A stretch of DNA of 64,000 nucleotides from Malacoraja senta. Taxonomy: Eukaryota. The DNA lies in contig CM075991.1 in assembly GCA_038087875.1 (NCBI GenBank), forward strand, positions 9,612,001-9,676,000. The letters are read 5' to 3'. Position 1 is the stretch's first letter. Every line of letters begins with the position of its first letter. The notes below the pieces were generated by a model. The model did not search any database. It had not been told where the DNA came from and saw only the letters and a program-made list of their open reading frames with translations. This document shows positions 12,632 to 25,685 of the stretch, in pieces. The position numbers and the translations under genes are program-made.

Positions 12632-14842
12632 ACTCTTTCCTTCGCTCCATAGATGCTGCTGCGCCCGCTGAGTTTCTCCAGCATTTTTCTGTACCTACGA
12701 CTAAATAAATGTCACTTTAACTTAAGAACAAAAGCGACAAGTAACCGATCTTTTGTGAATTCCACTCACGGCCCACAAACCAGTGTGTTGAGTCGACACT
12801 TAATTAAAAACCAGTTGAGGGGAAAAACATTTTCATTCAAGTAAAAACAGATAATTCCAGGTTATTAATGATTGGGATTAAAACTCTGTCTGTCAGGACA
12901 TCCATCACTGTTACTTGTTATGCAGAGATGTTATGGGCAACATTTCCTATTGAACATATCCATGCAAGGCTGCCTCATTCATTTAGTTTTCACAGTCGGA
13001 CATGAAGGGCAAGTTTCACATCATTAATACTCAGGTTGAACATTAGGTCATCACAAAAAGCTGGAGTAACCCAGCGGGACAGGCAGCATATTTGGACACC
13101 AGTCTGAAGAAGGGTCTCGACCCCAAATGTCACCCATTCCTTCTCTCCAGAGATGCTGCCTGTCCTGCTGAGTTACTCAGAGGGCCCGTACACCCGGCCG
13201 TCCATAGCGGCGACTGTAGAGGGTTTATGGCCCCGAACACGGGTGAACAAGGAGGAGGACTGATTGAACTTTGTGCCTTGAACCACAGCGAAGAATGCTG
13301 TGGTGGATGTTTGTGTTAAACCTTATTGTGTATTGTGTGTTCCTTTTTAAGTGTATCGCTGCTGGCAAATTCATTTCACTGCACCTTCGGGTGTATGTGA
13401 CGAATAAAATTGACTATTGATTATTGATCAGTTGAAACCAGCATCTGCAGTTACTTCCTATGCGGTCACGGTCATGGTGGTGCAACGGTAGAGTTGCTGC
13501 CTTACAGCGAATGCAGCACCCAGAGACCCGGGTCCGATCCCCACTACGGGTGCTGTCTGTACGGAGTTTGTACGTTCTCCCCGTGACCTGCGTGGGTTTT
13601 CTGCAAGATAGACAATAGACAATAGATGCCGGAGGTAGGCCATTCGGCCCTTCGAGCCAGCACCGCCATTGATCATCCCCAATCAGTACCCCGTTCCTGC
13701 CTTCTCCCCATATCCCATGACTCCCCTATCTTTAAGAGCCCTATCCAGCTCTCTTTTGAAAGCATCCAGAGAACCTGCCTCCACCGCCCTCTGAGATCTT
13801 CGGTTTCCTCCCACATTCCAAAGACGTACAGGTTTGTAGGTTAATTGACTTGGTAAATGTAAAACTTGTCCCTAGTGGGTGGAGGATGGTGTTAATGTGC
13901 AGGGATCGCCGGTCGACGCGGACCCGATGGGCCGAAGGGCCTGTATCCATGCTGTATCTCTAAACTAAACTGCACATTTGCTCATCAATTTTTTCCTCGA
14001 CTTGTGTGCCAGTATATTTGGTGTGACTCAGTCCGTCTCGCTGGTGAGTCAGGAAATTATGATCAAAAACAAACTTAAAACGAGTCCATGATCTCAGTTT
14101 AGTTTTTAACGTTTTTTTTTATAGTTTTAGAAAGTTTTTTTTAATAGTTTCAGTGCAGAAACAGGCCCTTCAGCCTACTGAGTCTGTCCCAACCAGCGAT
14201 CCCCGTACACTAGCACTATCCTTCACACTAGGGACAATTTACAATCTTTAACAAAGCCATTTAACCTACAAACCCGTACATCTTTGGAGTGTGGGAGGAA
14301 ATGGGAACATCTGGAGTATACCCAAGTGGTCACGGGGAGAACGTACAAACTCCGTACAGACAGCACCCGTAATCAGGATCGAACCTGGTTCCTGTACCTG
14401 TCTAAATGTTTTTTAAACAGATCAGGCAGCATCTGTGGAAAGAGAAAGAAAAGAGTTAATATTACCGAAAGGATGACATGTAGAATTAAATGTTCCTGCT
14501 TGTGGGATCTCTCTGTGGGCATTAGCTGTGGGCTAGATCGCAACAATGACCGAACTCTAAACACAAAGCCCTTTGACGGAGAAGCAAGAGAGGTTTCAAG
14601 TGAGCGCAGCTTATTAAATTTGCTCAAGAGCAAGAAGGGAATAATGCTTTTTATTAGTTCGTGACCAGATACATATAATATTAAATTAAAATTTCTGACA
14701 GGCATGTCAAAGGCATTAGCCTGGGAAGGATACAAGTTAAACAAAATCATTCTAAAGGCACAGAGATTTACTGTGATAGGTGCGGGCAGGGAAGTACGCA
14801 ATAAGGTCAAAAGTGACAGGAGCAGAATTAGGCCATTCGAAG

Positions 14843-15130
14843 TCACAGTTTAAGGATAAGGGGGAAGTCTTTTAGGACCGAGATGAGAAAATCATTTTTC
14901 ACACAGAGAGTGGTGAATCTGTGGAATTCTCTGCCACAGAAGGTAGTTGAGGCCAGTTCATTGGCTATATTTAAGAGGGAGTTAGATGTGGCCCTTGTGG
15001 CTAAAGGGATCAGGGGGTATGGGGAGAAGGCAGGTACAGGATACTGAGTTGGATGATCAGCCATGATCATATTGAATGGCGGTGCAGGCTGGAAGGGCCG
15101 AATGGCCTACACCTGCACCTATTTTCTATG
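14843..15130 (+). mobile_element. CR1-type LINE 3' fragment
   Basis: Same FFTQRVVNLWNSLP-type sequence and GGGCCGAATGGCCT tail. Confidence 0.7.
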
Positions 15131-17162
15131 TTTATATCAAGTCTACTCCAGAATTCAATCATGGCTGATCTATCTCCCTGTACCTGCCTTCTCCCCATAA
15201 CCCCTGACACCGGTACTAATCAAGAATCTATCTATCTCTGCCTCAAAAATATCCATTGACTTGGCCTCCACAGCCTTCTGTGGCAAAGAATGTCACAGAT
15301 TCACCACCCTCTGACTAAAGAAATTTCTCCTCATCTCCTTCCTAAAAGAGCATCCTTTAAGTCTGAGGCTAAATGACGGGTTGTCTGGTTGAGGCTTAAA
15401 CGAGGAGCCGAGTCAACCCTGGGCAACTTTACTCATGGACAATGCTGCTCTCTGGTGGCCACCATGTGTCAAGACAACGAGGTGAGGTGGAACATGGAAT
15501 CGCAGAGAGTTTCTGGCAACCCACCACTGGCTTCGGACGAGGAAGTCCAGCGGGTAGTGCTGCTGCCTTACAGATCCTAAACTCTGATATTGCCTGTGTG
15601 GAATCCATGTAACAGATGGACACAAGATACTGGAGTAACTCAGCGAGTCAGGCAGCATCTCTGGAGAAAAGGGAATAGGTGACGTTTCTGGTCAGAGTAT
15701 CTTCTTCAGTCCCAAAACGTCACCCATTCCTTTTCTCCAGAGATGCTGCCTGACCCGCTGAGTTACTCCAGCATTTTGTGTCTATCTTTGGTATAAACCT
15801 TCCTACACACTCATTATTCATATTGCCCTGTCCTTTCCCCTTCATTTTCCAGGTATCCCTTCATCTGACCTTCAACCCAAGACCTGCCTCCTTGCTCACC
15901 AACTTAAAGTTGGTGAGCAAGGAGTGATTTGGATTTCATTAGAAAATATATACGGGTCTCATTAAATGTTCTTAACCTTCAGACTGAAAACTCAGGTTTA
16001 GAGGGATATGGGCCAAACGCAGGCTAAAAAGGCCTTGTGTAGATGGGACATGTTGGTCGATGTGGGCAAGTTAGGTCGAAGGACCTGTTTCCGTTGTTCA
16101 GTTTTTTTAGTTTAATTTAGAGAGACAGCACGGAAACAGGTTCTTCGGCCCACCCTGTCCGCGCCAGCGATCCCCGCACATTAACACTATCCTACTCGGA
16201 GGAGCCGCCATCTTGGAGGAACGGCTGCTAAACAGCACCGTCCGTCAAATTCACTTTTTGTTTAGTTTTAGCTTTTTTTATTTCTTTGTTTGTTTGGGGG
16301 ATTTTGACTTTTAATGTTGGGGGGTAAGAGGGAAACTATTTCTGGGTCCCTACCTGGTCGGTGAGGCAGCTTTTTCTCCAGGCTGCCTCGTCGACCCGTC
16401 CTTGTGGCCTACCAGCGGGCGTGGAGCGCCGTTTCCTGACGGGGACCGCCCAGCACCTTCAGCTTCGGTGGCGGCACAGCGCTGGAGCACTATCGTGGAG
16501 CGTAGCGGGCGATGCCTTGCCTGGGTCGCCGCGCTGGATCGACGCGCTGGAGCTCCGGAATGCGTTGACCGCCGAGATCAACACCTCCGGGCTGCGGGAC
16601 TGCGGAGCGACCAGCCGCGGGCGGCGGCGCCAACTCCAACATCGGGAGCCTCGTGGCTCCAACTCGGCGCGGCCCTGTCGGCTTCAGGTGCCATGGACTC
16701 CGCTGGGAAACCGACCGTTCCAGCCGCTGCGAGGACTCTCCCGACGGCCAGGAACATCGGGCCAAGGTAGAGGCAACTGTGGTGGCCTCATTGGGCCTGA
16801 CTCTGGGGAGAACTGGGTTGGGGACTGGACATTGTGCCTTCCCCCACAGTGGTGGTCATTGTGGGGGGATGATTCTGTGTGCTGTGCCTGTTAGTCTGTG
16901 TGCAAGATGGCGGTCGGAGGGGAGAGTGGACGCTGGTGCGAATTGGTCGCCGCTGCTCTCTCCTCAAATTGTGTTTCTTATTTTCTTTTTGTGCTTTTGA
17001 AATTGAATTCTGTCCTTGATTTGTGTACTGTGGTGTTTTTATATTTAATTTATTCCGATTATGTGTTTTGTATTTTTGTGATTCTATGCCTTGTAAGGTG
17101 TCCATGGGTTTTAGAAAGGCGCCAGTAAATAAAATGAATTATTATTATTATTATTCCCACTA

Positions 17163-17842
17163 GATTCAAGATTCAAGAGAGTTTATTGTCATGTGTCCCA
17201 GATAGGACATTGACATTCTTACTTTGCTTCAGCACAACAGAACATAGTAGGCATGAATACAGAACAGATCAGTGTGTCCATATCCCATTATATAAATATG
17301 TACACACATGAATAAATAAAACGGATAAAGTGCAAATAAACAGATAATGGTCTATTAATGTTCAGAGTTTTGTTTCACTTGAGTTCAATAGCCTGATGGC
17401 TGTGGGGAAGTAGCTATTCCTGAACCTGGACTTTGCAGTCTTCAGGCTCCTGTACCTTCTACCTGAAGGTAGCGGGGAGATGAGTGTGTGGCCAGGATGG
17501 TGTGCGTCCTTGATGATGCTGCCAGCCTTTTTGAGGCACAACTGTAATAGATCCCTTCGATGGTAGGGAGGTCAGAGCCGATGATGCACTGGGCAGCGTT
17601 TACTACTTTTTTTAGTCTTTTTCCGCTCCTGGGCGCTCGAGTTGCCGAACCAAGCCACGATGCAACCGGTCAGCATGCTCTCTACTGTGCACCTGGCAAA
17701 GTTAGAGAGAGTCCTCCTTGACATCCCGACTCTCCGTAATCTTCCCAGGAAGTAGAGGCGCTGATGTGCTTTCTTTATAATTGCATCAGTGTTCTCGGAC
17801 CAGGAGAGATCTTCAGAGATGTGAACGCCCAGGAATTTGAAG
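17163..17842 (-). mobile_element. Rex1/Babar-like LINE 3' fragment
   Basis: Reverse-complement homologue of 45859-46547; (TTGAATC)n tail. Confidence 0.7.
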
Positions 17843-20800
17843 CTACATTTACCAAGCCAATTAACCTACAAACCTGCACGTCTTTGGGTGGAAACCAAAG
17901 ATCTCGGAGAAAACCCATGCAGGGCATGGGGAGAACGTACAATCTCCATACAGACAGTACCCATAATCGGGATCGAACCTGGGTCTCCGGCGCTGCATTC
18001 GCTGTAAGGCAGCAACTCTACCGCTGCTGCGCCACCGTGACCGCCCCACCCACGTAGAGAAGCCGAGTTATCACTAATTGGGATTACAGACGGAACAAGG
18101 CGACAATTCAGCAACTCCAGGGAAAATTAAACATCCTGTTTCACATGGTCCGAGAATCCCAGCCTGCAAGAACAGGATGTGAACCAACTGGAAAAAGAAT
18201 TAGTAAGTTAATGATTTAGTAAGGTTCCCCAGGAGGTAGGATCAGATTTATTCTTGTCACGTGCACCAAGATAGTGAAAAACTTTTGTTTGCATGCTATC
18301 AAATCAAATAATATACACATGAATACAATCTAGACAAACACTAGTACAAAAGATGGAGCAAAGAGAAAAATACCAGAGTGGAGAATATATTTTCTCAGCA
18401 TTGTAGCCAATAGTTCTAGACAGAAAGTTCACTGTCTGCAACGACTTACCTGTAGGTGGGGGGAAAAACAGGTCTAGAGTCGCTTGCAGCGGCAGAGACC
18501 AGGGTTCGATCCTAACTCCGGGTGCTGTCTGTACGGAGTTTGTACGTTCTCCCCGTGACCTGCGTGGGTTTTCTCCGAGTTCTTCGGTTTCCGCCCAGAC
18601 TCCAAAGACGTACAAGTTTGTAGGTTAATTGGCTTGGTATAAATGTAAATTGTCCCTAGTGTGTGTAGGATAGTGTTAATGTGCGGGGGTCGCTGGTCGG
18701 CGCGGACTCAGTGGGCCGAAGGGCCTGTTTCCATGCTGTATGTCTTTTAAAAAAATTTAAAAATGGAATGATAGCTCAGAAGGCTGATAACAAAGGGGGA
18801 GAAGCTGTTCCCAAGTGTTGTGGTGCACGCTTTCAAACCTCTTCATCGTCTGCCCAACAGGGGCTGGAGGAGAATGACCCCCAGGGTGGGAAAGATCTTT
18901 GATTAAGTTGTAGACACAAAGTTCTGGAGTAACTCAGCTGGTCAGGCAGCATCACTGGAGAAAAATAGATGTTTTGGATCAGATCCCTCGCTCAGACTAC
19001 AGAAGGGTACCAACCTGAATTCACCCATCCCTTTTCTCCAGAGATGCTGCCCGACCCGCTGAGTTACACCAGCTTTTTATGTCATTCTTCTGTATAAACC
19101 AGCATCTGTACACACTTTGATTATGTTGGCTGCGTTCCAGAGGCACTGTGATGTAGATGGAGTCGATGGTGGGGAGTCTGATCTGTGCGAGGGACTGGGC
19201 AACTCTGGGAGCTCGACTGTTAAAGGATGGCAGACTAAATTAACAGTGGCGCAGCGGTAAAGTTGCTGCCTTACAATGGCAGAGACCCGGGTTCGATCCC
19301 GACTGTGTGGGAGCTGTCTGTATGGAATTTGTACGTTCGCCCTGTGACTGAATGCTCCAGTTTCCTCCCACCCTCCAAAGACATACGGGTTCGTAGGTTA
19401 ATTGGCTTCGGTAAAATTGTAAATTGTCCCTAATGTGTGTAGGATAGCATCAGTGTGCGGGGATCGCTGGTTCCCATGCTGTATCACTAAACTAAACTCA
19501 CCCAGTATGAGCAGAAACAGAAATGGCTTGGCAGTGACCCAGGTATAAAATAGTTGCTGGCAGCAGTTACAGGGGTGGCTTATTTCCACTCAAGTTGGTG
19601 AAGCACTTTGGGGTGAATCGCACAACTCAGCAGCTGGAGCAGAACAGTGGCAGGTCCATGGTGGCAATGTGCTTGGCATGTCATCATGCCAGGATTTGTC
19701 CTGCCCCCCACTTCTATTCCAGCTTCCTCACCCGTACGACAAGCAGTCTGAAGGAGGATCCCAAACCAAAATACTGTCTGCCCATTCAGTTTAGTTTCTT
19801 GTCACGTGTACCGAGGTACAGTGAAAAGCTTTTGTTGCGTGCTAACCAGCCAGCGGAAAGACAATGCATGATTACAATCGAGCTGAAGTTTAGTGCACGA
19901 TGAAGCCAAAATCGTCCGATAGTCCGAGGGTCACCAACGAGGTAGATGGTAGTTCAGGACTACTCTCTGGTTGTGGTAGCTTGATTCAGTTGCCTGATAA
20001 CAGCTGGGAAGAAACTGCCCCTGAATCTGAAGGTGTGCGTTTTCACACCTCCAGATTGAGGGTCAGTTTCTCCATAGATGCTGCCCGACTCACTGAGCTT
20101 CCCCCAGCACTTTGGTTTCCCTCAAGTTTAGTTTAGAGAGTGTGAAAACAGTCCCACCGACCCACCGCATCCGCGCCAACCACGATCACTCGTATATAAA
20201 TTTATGTTATAGGAGCAGAATTAGGCCATTCGGCCCATCAGGTCTATTCCGCCATTCAATCACGACTGATCTGTATACTACTTCTACCCTACGCACTATG
20301 GACATATTTACATAAACCAAATAACCTACAAAGACAGTTTCTTCCCAACTGTTATCAGGCAACTGAATCATCCTACCACAACCAGAGAACAGTCCTGAAC
20401 TACTATCTACCTCACTGGTGACCCGCTGACTATCCTTGATTGGACTTTGCTGGTTTTACCTTGCACTAAACGTTATTCCCTTATCATGTATCTGTACATT
20501 GTAAATGGCTCGATTGTAATCATGTATTGTCTTTCCGCTAACTGGATAGCACGCAACAAAAGCTTTTAACTGTACCTCGGTACACGTGACAATAAACCAA
20601 ACTGTACACATGTGTGGAATTCTGGAGATTCAGCATCTGTAGTTCCTCGAGTCTGCCGGGCATGTTTGTCCTGCAACTGCTGCTTCACCCACACCTACTA
20701 TATTCTGTTGTGCTGAAGCAAAGCAAGAATTTCATTGCCCTATCTGAGACACATGACAATAGACTCTCTTGAATCTTGGAGTCCAGTTTTAAATAGCAAG

Positions 20801-20848
20801 TTAAACAGCAACACATGCAATGTTGTCGTGTGTTCAGGTCAGTAAAAC

Positions 20849-20854
20849 TTTATT
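20849..20854 (-). terminator. Candidate distal polyadenylation signal AATAAA
   Basis: tttatt on the + strand at the end of the unique AT-rich block; TGTGTTG..TGTTT downstream on the - strand. Confidence 0.5.
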
Positions 20855-22141
20855 TTACGTCAACCTTCATTTAAGGAACAAATCACAACTTCATTCAACA
20901 CAACAGTGAACAAAAGACAGACAAGGGCAGTACCGTTAACCCTTCGAACAGCAAGGCAACAACTCAAACTGGTTTACACCTCTTTAGGAAAATACAATTC
21001 AGGGTTTGGGAAGTAAAAATGCATTAAGACTACATTTCATAATTACAATGAGTTTCAGAGCATCAAGTCAATGCAGTCACTAACTTACAAAACTCCCCTA
21101 GACTGATAACCTCAAGCAGGACGTCAATGAACATGCCATTTGCCCCTAGTCTGAAATATCTATCAATTGACCAGACGGCAAAATGGACGGTAAAGCACCC
21201 AGAGAGGAAGGCAAGAGTGAATTCCCTATGGACTGGAGACCAAAGCAAGGCAGCACACTGGAAGAGCAGGCAGCACAAACTGCAGGGAACCTGGAAGACA
21301 ACTTGGAGTGCAAGTTGTCCCATTGTTGTTTGCACCAGGTACACATGCACGTTAAACCCAGGCTTGTGAATGTTTGCTCAATTTAGGACCAAATTTCAGA
21401 AGGCCAGAGTTGAAACCGAATCGTCGCTACATCTGACATTCAACTCGTGTCACATGGGGACAACATTCCACCCACGTCTGTAGGGTAACAATCCACTGAC
21501 GTTATTGGAAAGGCACGAGTTTGTTGCCTGGAAGAGTCGATCAAAAGATTAACATTAGAATCATTTATAACTGTGGCCTCGCACGGATCACCAAACTTCT
21601 ATCTTCCAGGCACACATGCAAACAGTAGTTATACTTCACGACATAACCACACATCCTCTGCAGTTTAGGAAGCAAACTGCTCTTGATGGTCGTTTGAGGA
21701 GGACTAACGAAACTGGGCAAATTGGGTGATATTTCCAGCCTCCTCCACTGTGTACGTTTTGTCAAAGTAGAAGAGACAAACCAACAACAAATTGCCTTTC
21801 CATTTCTGGATGTGCATTGCCACCGATTTTTTAAACAGTGCCAGCATTTCCCACTTCCCAGTAATGGAGATGAATTTTCCAGAGTTAGTGAAATTTACAA
21901 ATAAAACACGATAAAGAACGTATTATTTAATTTTTAAAAAGCTTCAGCAAATCAGTTAAAATGGCTAAAACAAATTTTAAATAGAATGCAACTGCTACAG
22001 ACCGTCTTCTACGAAACAGACTGGGCTCCGACCTATATTTTTCTCGATTTCCCCGATTAAAGTTATTAATTATTTTGTCTGCCACAATAATGCACACGGA
22101 GTTTGCCAGGAATTCACTCCTACCTCCTTCAATCAAGGTGC

Positions 22142-22147
22142 TTTATT
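22142..22147 (-). terminator. Candidate proximal polyadenylation signal AATAAA
   Basis: tttatt on the + strand, about 450 nt after the stop codon. Confidence 0.3.
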
Positions 22148-22597
22148 ACTTAAACAAACCAGTTGCCAGGCACATCAGGAGAGGCACAAAATGCTGGAGT
22201 AACTCAGCGGGACAGGCGGCATCTCTGGAGAGAAAGAACGGGTGATGCTTCGGGTCGAGACCCTTCTTCAGACCCGAAAGGTCACCCATTCCTTCTCTCC
22301 AGAGATGCTGCCTGTCCCACTGAGTTACTCCAGCATTTTGCGTCTATCCTTGGTGCAAACCAGCATCTGCAGTTCCTTCCTGTACATTGTCACATCAGGA
22401 CGTGGGTTTGATGCGGGTGTTTGATAGTGCCTCGCGCTAGGTGTTGGCGAGTGGTGTAACACTGGAGGGGTGCATGTGAGCCCAGGAATCCTTGTCCACA
22501 GTAACTGTCACAGGCTCTTGCGAAATTAAAAACAAAATAACCACACGGGACGAAAGGAGTGACCTCAGCTTCAGCGGGACCAGTGACTGCCCGGAGA

Positions 22598-22689
22598 TCA
22601 CCCGAGCATTGTAATATTGGTGTGGCCACCAGGGGGCATGACGATACGCTGGCCGGTACGGCGGGGGAGATTGTCGTCCATCTGGGCAC
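22598..22689 (-). CDS. DPYSL2: DPYSL2 exon 14 coding part, [34 protein letters not shown]
   Basis: 92 nt to TGA at 22598-22600. Total short-isoform CDS is 1719 nt = 572 aa plus stop. Confidence 0.95.
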
Positions 22690-22947
22690 CTGATGGGGAG
22701 GAGGAGAGAAGTTAGTCTGAATAAGGCGACACACCTTCCCTTCATTAACTCCCACCCACCCACCCCCCCCCCCCCACCATCTTAAACGCACAGTAACGCA
22801 GAAGAGAGGAGGACCCGGCGTGGGGGGGGGGGGGAACAGTCACGGGATACTTTGTATCTTTGTTGGCGCCCTTTATGTAGCGACTCTTTGCATACCTTGG
22901 TGTGCAAAACAAATAATTCCACCGTGACTTTGTGTGTGTAGTGTCTA

Positions 22948-23207
22948 TGTTAGTTTGTGTCCAAGATGGCGGTCGGAAGGGAGAGTGGACGCTGGCGCGG
23001 TTTAGCTGCCGCTGCTCTCTCTTCACATTGTGTTTCTGATTTCTTTTTTGTCTTTGGATCCAATTCCGTCTTTAATTTGTGTATTGGTGATGTCTTTATA
23101 ACTTATTTTTACTCCGATTATATGTTCTTTGTTAAATTCTGTAAGGTGTCCTTTGAGACTTTTGTATAGGCGCCCACAAATAAAATTTATTATTATTATT
23201 ATTATTA
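22948..23207 (+). mobile_element. Short non-autonomous element with YY1-motif head and (ATT)n tail (second copy about 16889-17153)
   Basis: Two colinear copies, CAAGATGGCGGTCGG..AATAAAAT..(ATT)n. Confidence 0.6.
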
Positions 23208-23898
23208 GTGTTCATTCGTTACGCAGCGGTAGAGTTGCTGCCTTACAGCGCCAGAGACCCGGGTTCGATCCCGACTACGGGTGCTGTCTGTACGCACTTT
23301 GTACGTTCTCCCCGTGGGTTTTCCCCGGGAGCTCTGGTTTCCTCCCACATTCCAAAGACGTACGTACAGGTTTGTAGGTTAATTGGCCTCGGTACATTGT
23401 GCGTATCCCAGTGTGCAGTGTGTGAACGCGGGAGGGCATAGAACTAGCGTACTGGTAAACGTTGGTCGGCACGGACCCAGTGGGCCGAAGGGCCCGTTTC
23501 CATGCTGTATCTCTAAAGTAAAAAACCCCCATTAAGAAACGTTAGGGCAGCACGGTGGCACAACTGGTAGTGCTGCTGCCTTACAGCGCCAGAGGCCCGG
23601 GTTCAATCCTGACCTCGGGAGCTGTCTGTGCGGAGTCTTCACAGTGAGGTGGGAACATAGGCACCTACAAGTACTGTACCAGGAGGCTCACACCGTCACA
23701 GGCAGGTCACATGGGCTTCATGTACACAACAGTTATCATCTGGCAACATCACATAGGTCTAAAGGTTCGCAGCGTACTGAAGCAAGTAGACCAATTCTCC
23801 CTCGGTGCCCAGAACACAGTACACTACACAGGAGATCAACATTGCCCGAAGTTATATAAAGATGCCGAGAAGTAATCAAACAGGAGACACACATTTAC

Positions 23899-24064
23899 CA
23901 GACAAACTGAACCCTGACTGGTGGAGATTCCGCACAGGGGGCACCTGTTGCTTGGCGGGCGAGGTCCTGGCAGAGGTGGCGGGCGTGACCGATTTGGGGG
24001 TCACGGAAACCTCGCAGACGGGGCCGTCGTAGAGGCCTCGGGGTACGCCATGCAGCTCCGTCAA
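23899..24064 (-). CDS. DPYSL2: DPYSL2 exon 13, [55 protein letters not shown]
   Basis: 166 nt. [13 protein letters not shown]...TSPAKQQ matches CRMP2 (C504, T509, T514, S518, S522). Confidence 0.95.
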
Positions 24065-24104
24065 CTGGGGAAACAATGTTGCAGGGTTAACATACACTGG
24101 CGGA

Positions 24105-24575
24105 TGTGTGACCGTGTGTCCGTGTGCACCAGTGTCCGTGTGCCAGAGTGCCCGTGTTTGTCTGTGTGCGCCAGATTGCCCGTGCGTGCCAGAGTGCCCG
24201 TGTGCGCCAGTGTCCGTGCCAGAGCACTGGTGTTTGCCCAAGCCCGCTAGAGTGCCCGGGTGCGCCAGAGTGCCCGTGTTTGTCCGTGCGCGCCACAGTG
24301 CCCGTGCTTGCCAGAGTGCCCGTGTTTGTCCGTGCTCGCCACAGTGCCCGTGCTTGCCAGAGTACCCGTGTGCGCCAGTGTCCGTGTGCCAGAGTGCCCG
24401 TGTTTGTCCGTGTACCAGTGTTTGTCCGTGCGTGTCAGAGTGCCCATGTTTGTCCGTGCGTGCCACAGTGCCCGTGTTTGTCCGTGTGCCAGTGTTTGTC
24501 CGTGCCAGAGTGCCCGTGTTTGTCCGTGTGCCCGTGTTTGTCCGTGCCAGCCAGAGTGCCCGTGCGTGCCACACC
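24105..24575. repeat. GC-rich minisatellite in intron 12
   Basis: Tandem variants of GTGCCCGTGTTTGTCC and GTGCCAGA modules. Confidence 0.9.
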
Positions 24576-25127
24576 CCACAAGTAAGGTAGTGGCCTTATT
24601 ACACTTTACTTTAGAGACAGAGCACGGAAACAGGCCCTTCCCAGATTACGGCCTGACTGTAATCACGCATTGTCATTCCGCTGACTAGATAGCACGCAAC
24701 AAAAAAAAGCTTTTCACTGAACCTCAGCACATGTGACAATAAACCAAACCTACAACCAAAATGTGAAGGAAGGAACTACAGATGCTATTTTACACCGAAG
24801 ATACACAAAATACTGGAGTAACTCAGCGGGTCAGGCAGCATCTCTGGAGAAAATGAATAGGTGACGTTTCAGGTTGAGACCTTTCTGCAGACTGAGTCAG
24901 TGGGTAGAGAGAAACTAGTAGTATGAAAAGGGTAAGAAAAATCAGAGCCGGCACCGATGACCAAGGAACGGTTGAGCCCACAATGGTCCATTGTTGGCTA
25001 TGGTAGAGGTGATAACAAGGGGATGTACGGATGTGAACAGGGAAACTAGCAGGATGACTGTGGTGGGGGAGGGACTGACAGAGAGGGAATGCAAGGGCTA
25101 CTTGAAATTAGAGACATCAATATTCAT

Positions 25128-25640
25128 ACCGAAGATAGATACAAGTAGCTGGAGTAACTCAGCGGGACAGGCAGCATCTCTGGAGAGAAGGAATGGGCGA
25201 TGTTTCGGGTCGAGACCCTTCTTCAGACTGGTTAGGGATATGGGAAACGAGAGATACAGACGATGATGTGGAGAGATAAAGAACAATGAATGAAAGATAT
25301 GCAAAAAAGTTATGATGATAAAGGAAACAGGCCATTGTTAGCTGTTTGTAGAGTGAAAATGAGAAGCTAGTGCGACTTGGGTGGGGGAGGGATAGCGAGG
25401 GGCTACCTAAAGTGGAAGAAATGAATATTCATACCACTGGGCTGTAAGCTGCCCAAGCGAAAAGTTGTAAACTGCCCAAGCGAAACTGTTATTCCAATTT
25501 GCGCGTTGCCTCATTCTGACAATGGTGGAGGCCCAGGACCGAAAGGTCAGTGTGGGAATGGGAAGGGGAGTTAAAGCATATGGCAACCGGGAAATTGCAT
25601 AGGCCAAGGCGGACCGAGCGTGGGTGTTCAGCGAACCGTA
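25128..25640 (-). mobile_element. Penelope-like element 3' remnant: GIY-YIG endonuclease C-terminus, 3' UTR and hammerhead-bearing terminal repeat
   Basis: The - strand reads [58 protein letters not shown], then continues into the abundant CTGAAGAAGGGTCTCGACCCGAAAC.. terminal unit. Confidence 0.75.
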
Positions 25641-25685
25641 CAGCCAGTCACTCTTATCCAAATAAAGCAACGGAAAACCCATTAC

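Larger units (their letters stand above)
20830..22597 (-). other. DPYSL2: Probable DPYSL2 3' UTR
   Basis: Mostly repeat-free AT-rich sequence after the stop codon, ending near an AATAAA with downstream GU-rich sequence. Confidence 0.55.

Noticed and set aside
23876..24590. Long overlapping ORFs (232, 160 and 153 aa) with Cys/His/Pro-rich repeats
   Set aside because: Produced by the stop-poor minisatellite; only 23899-24064 is a true exon
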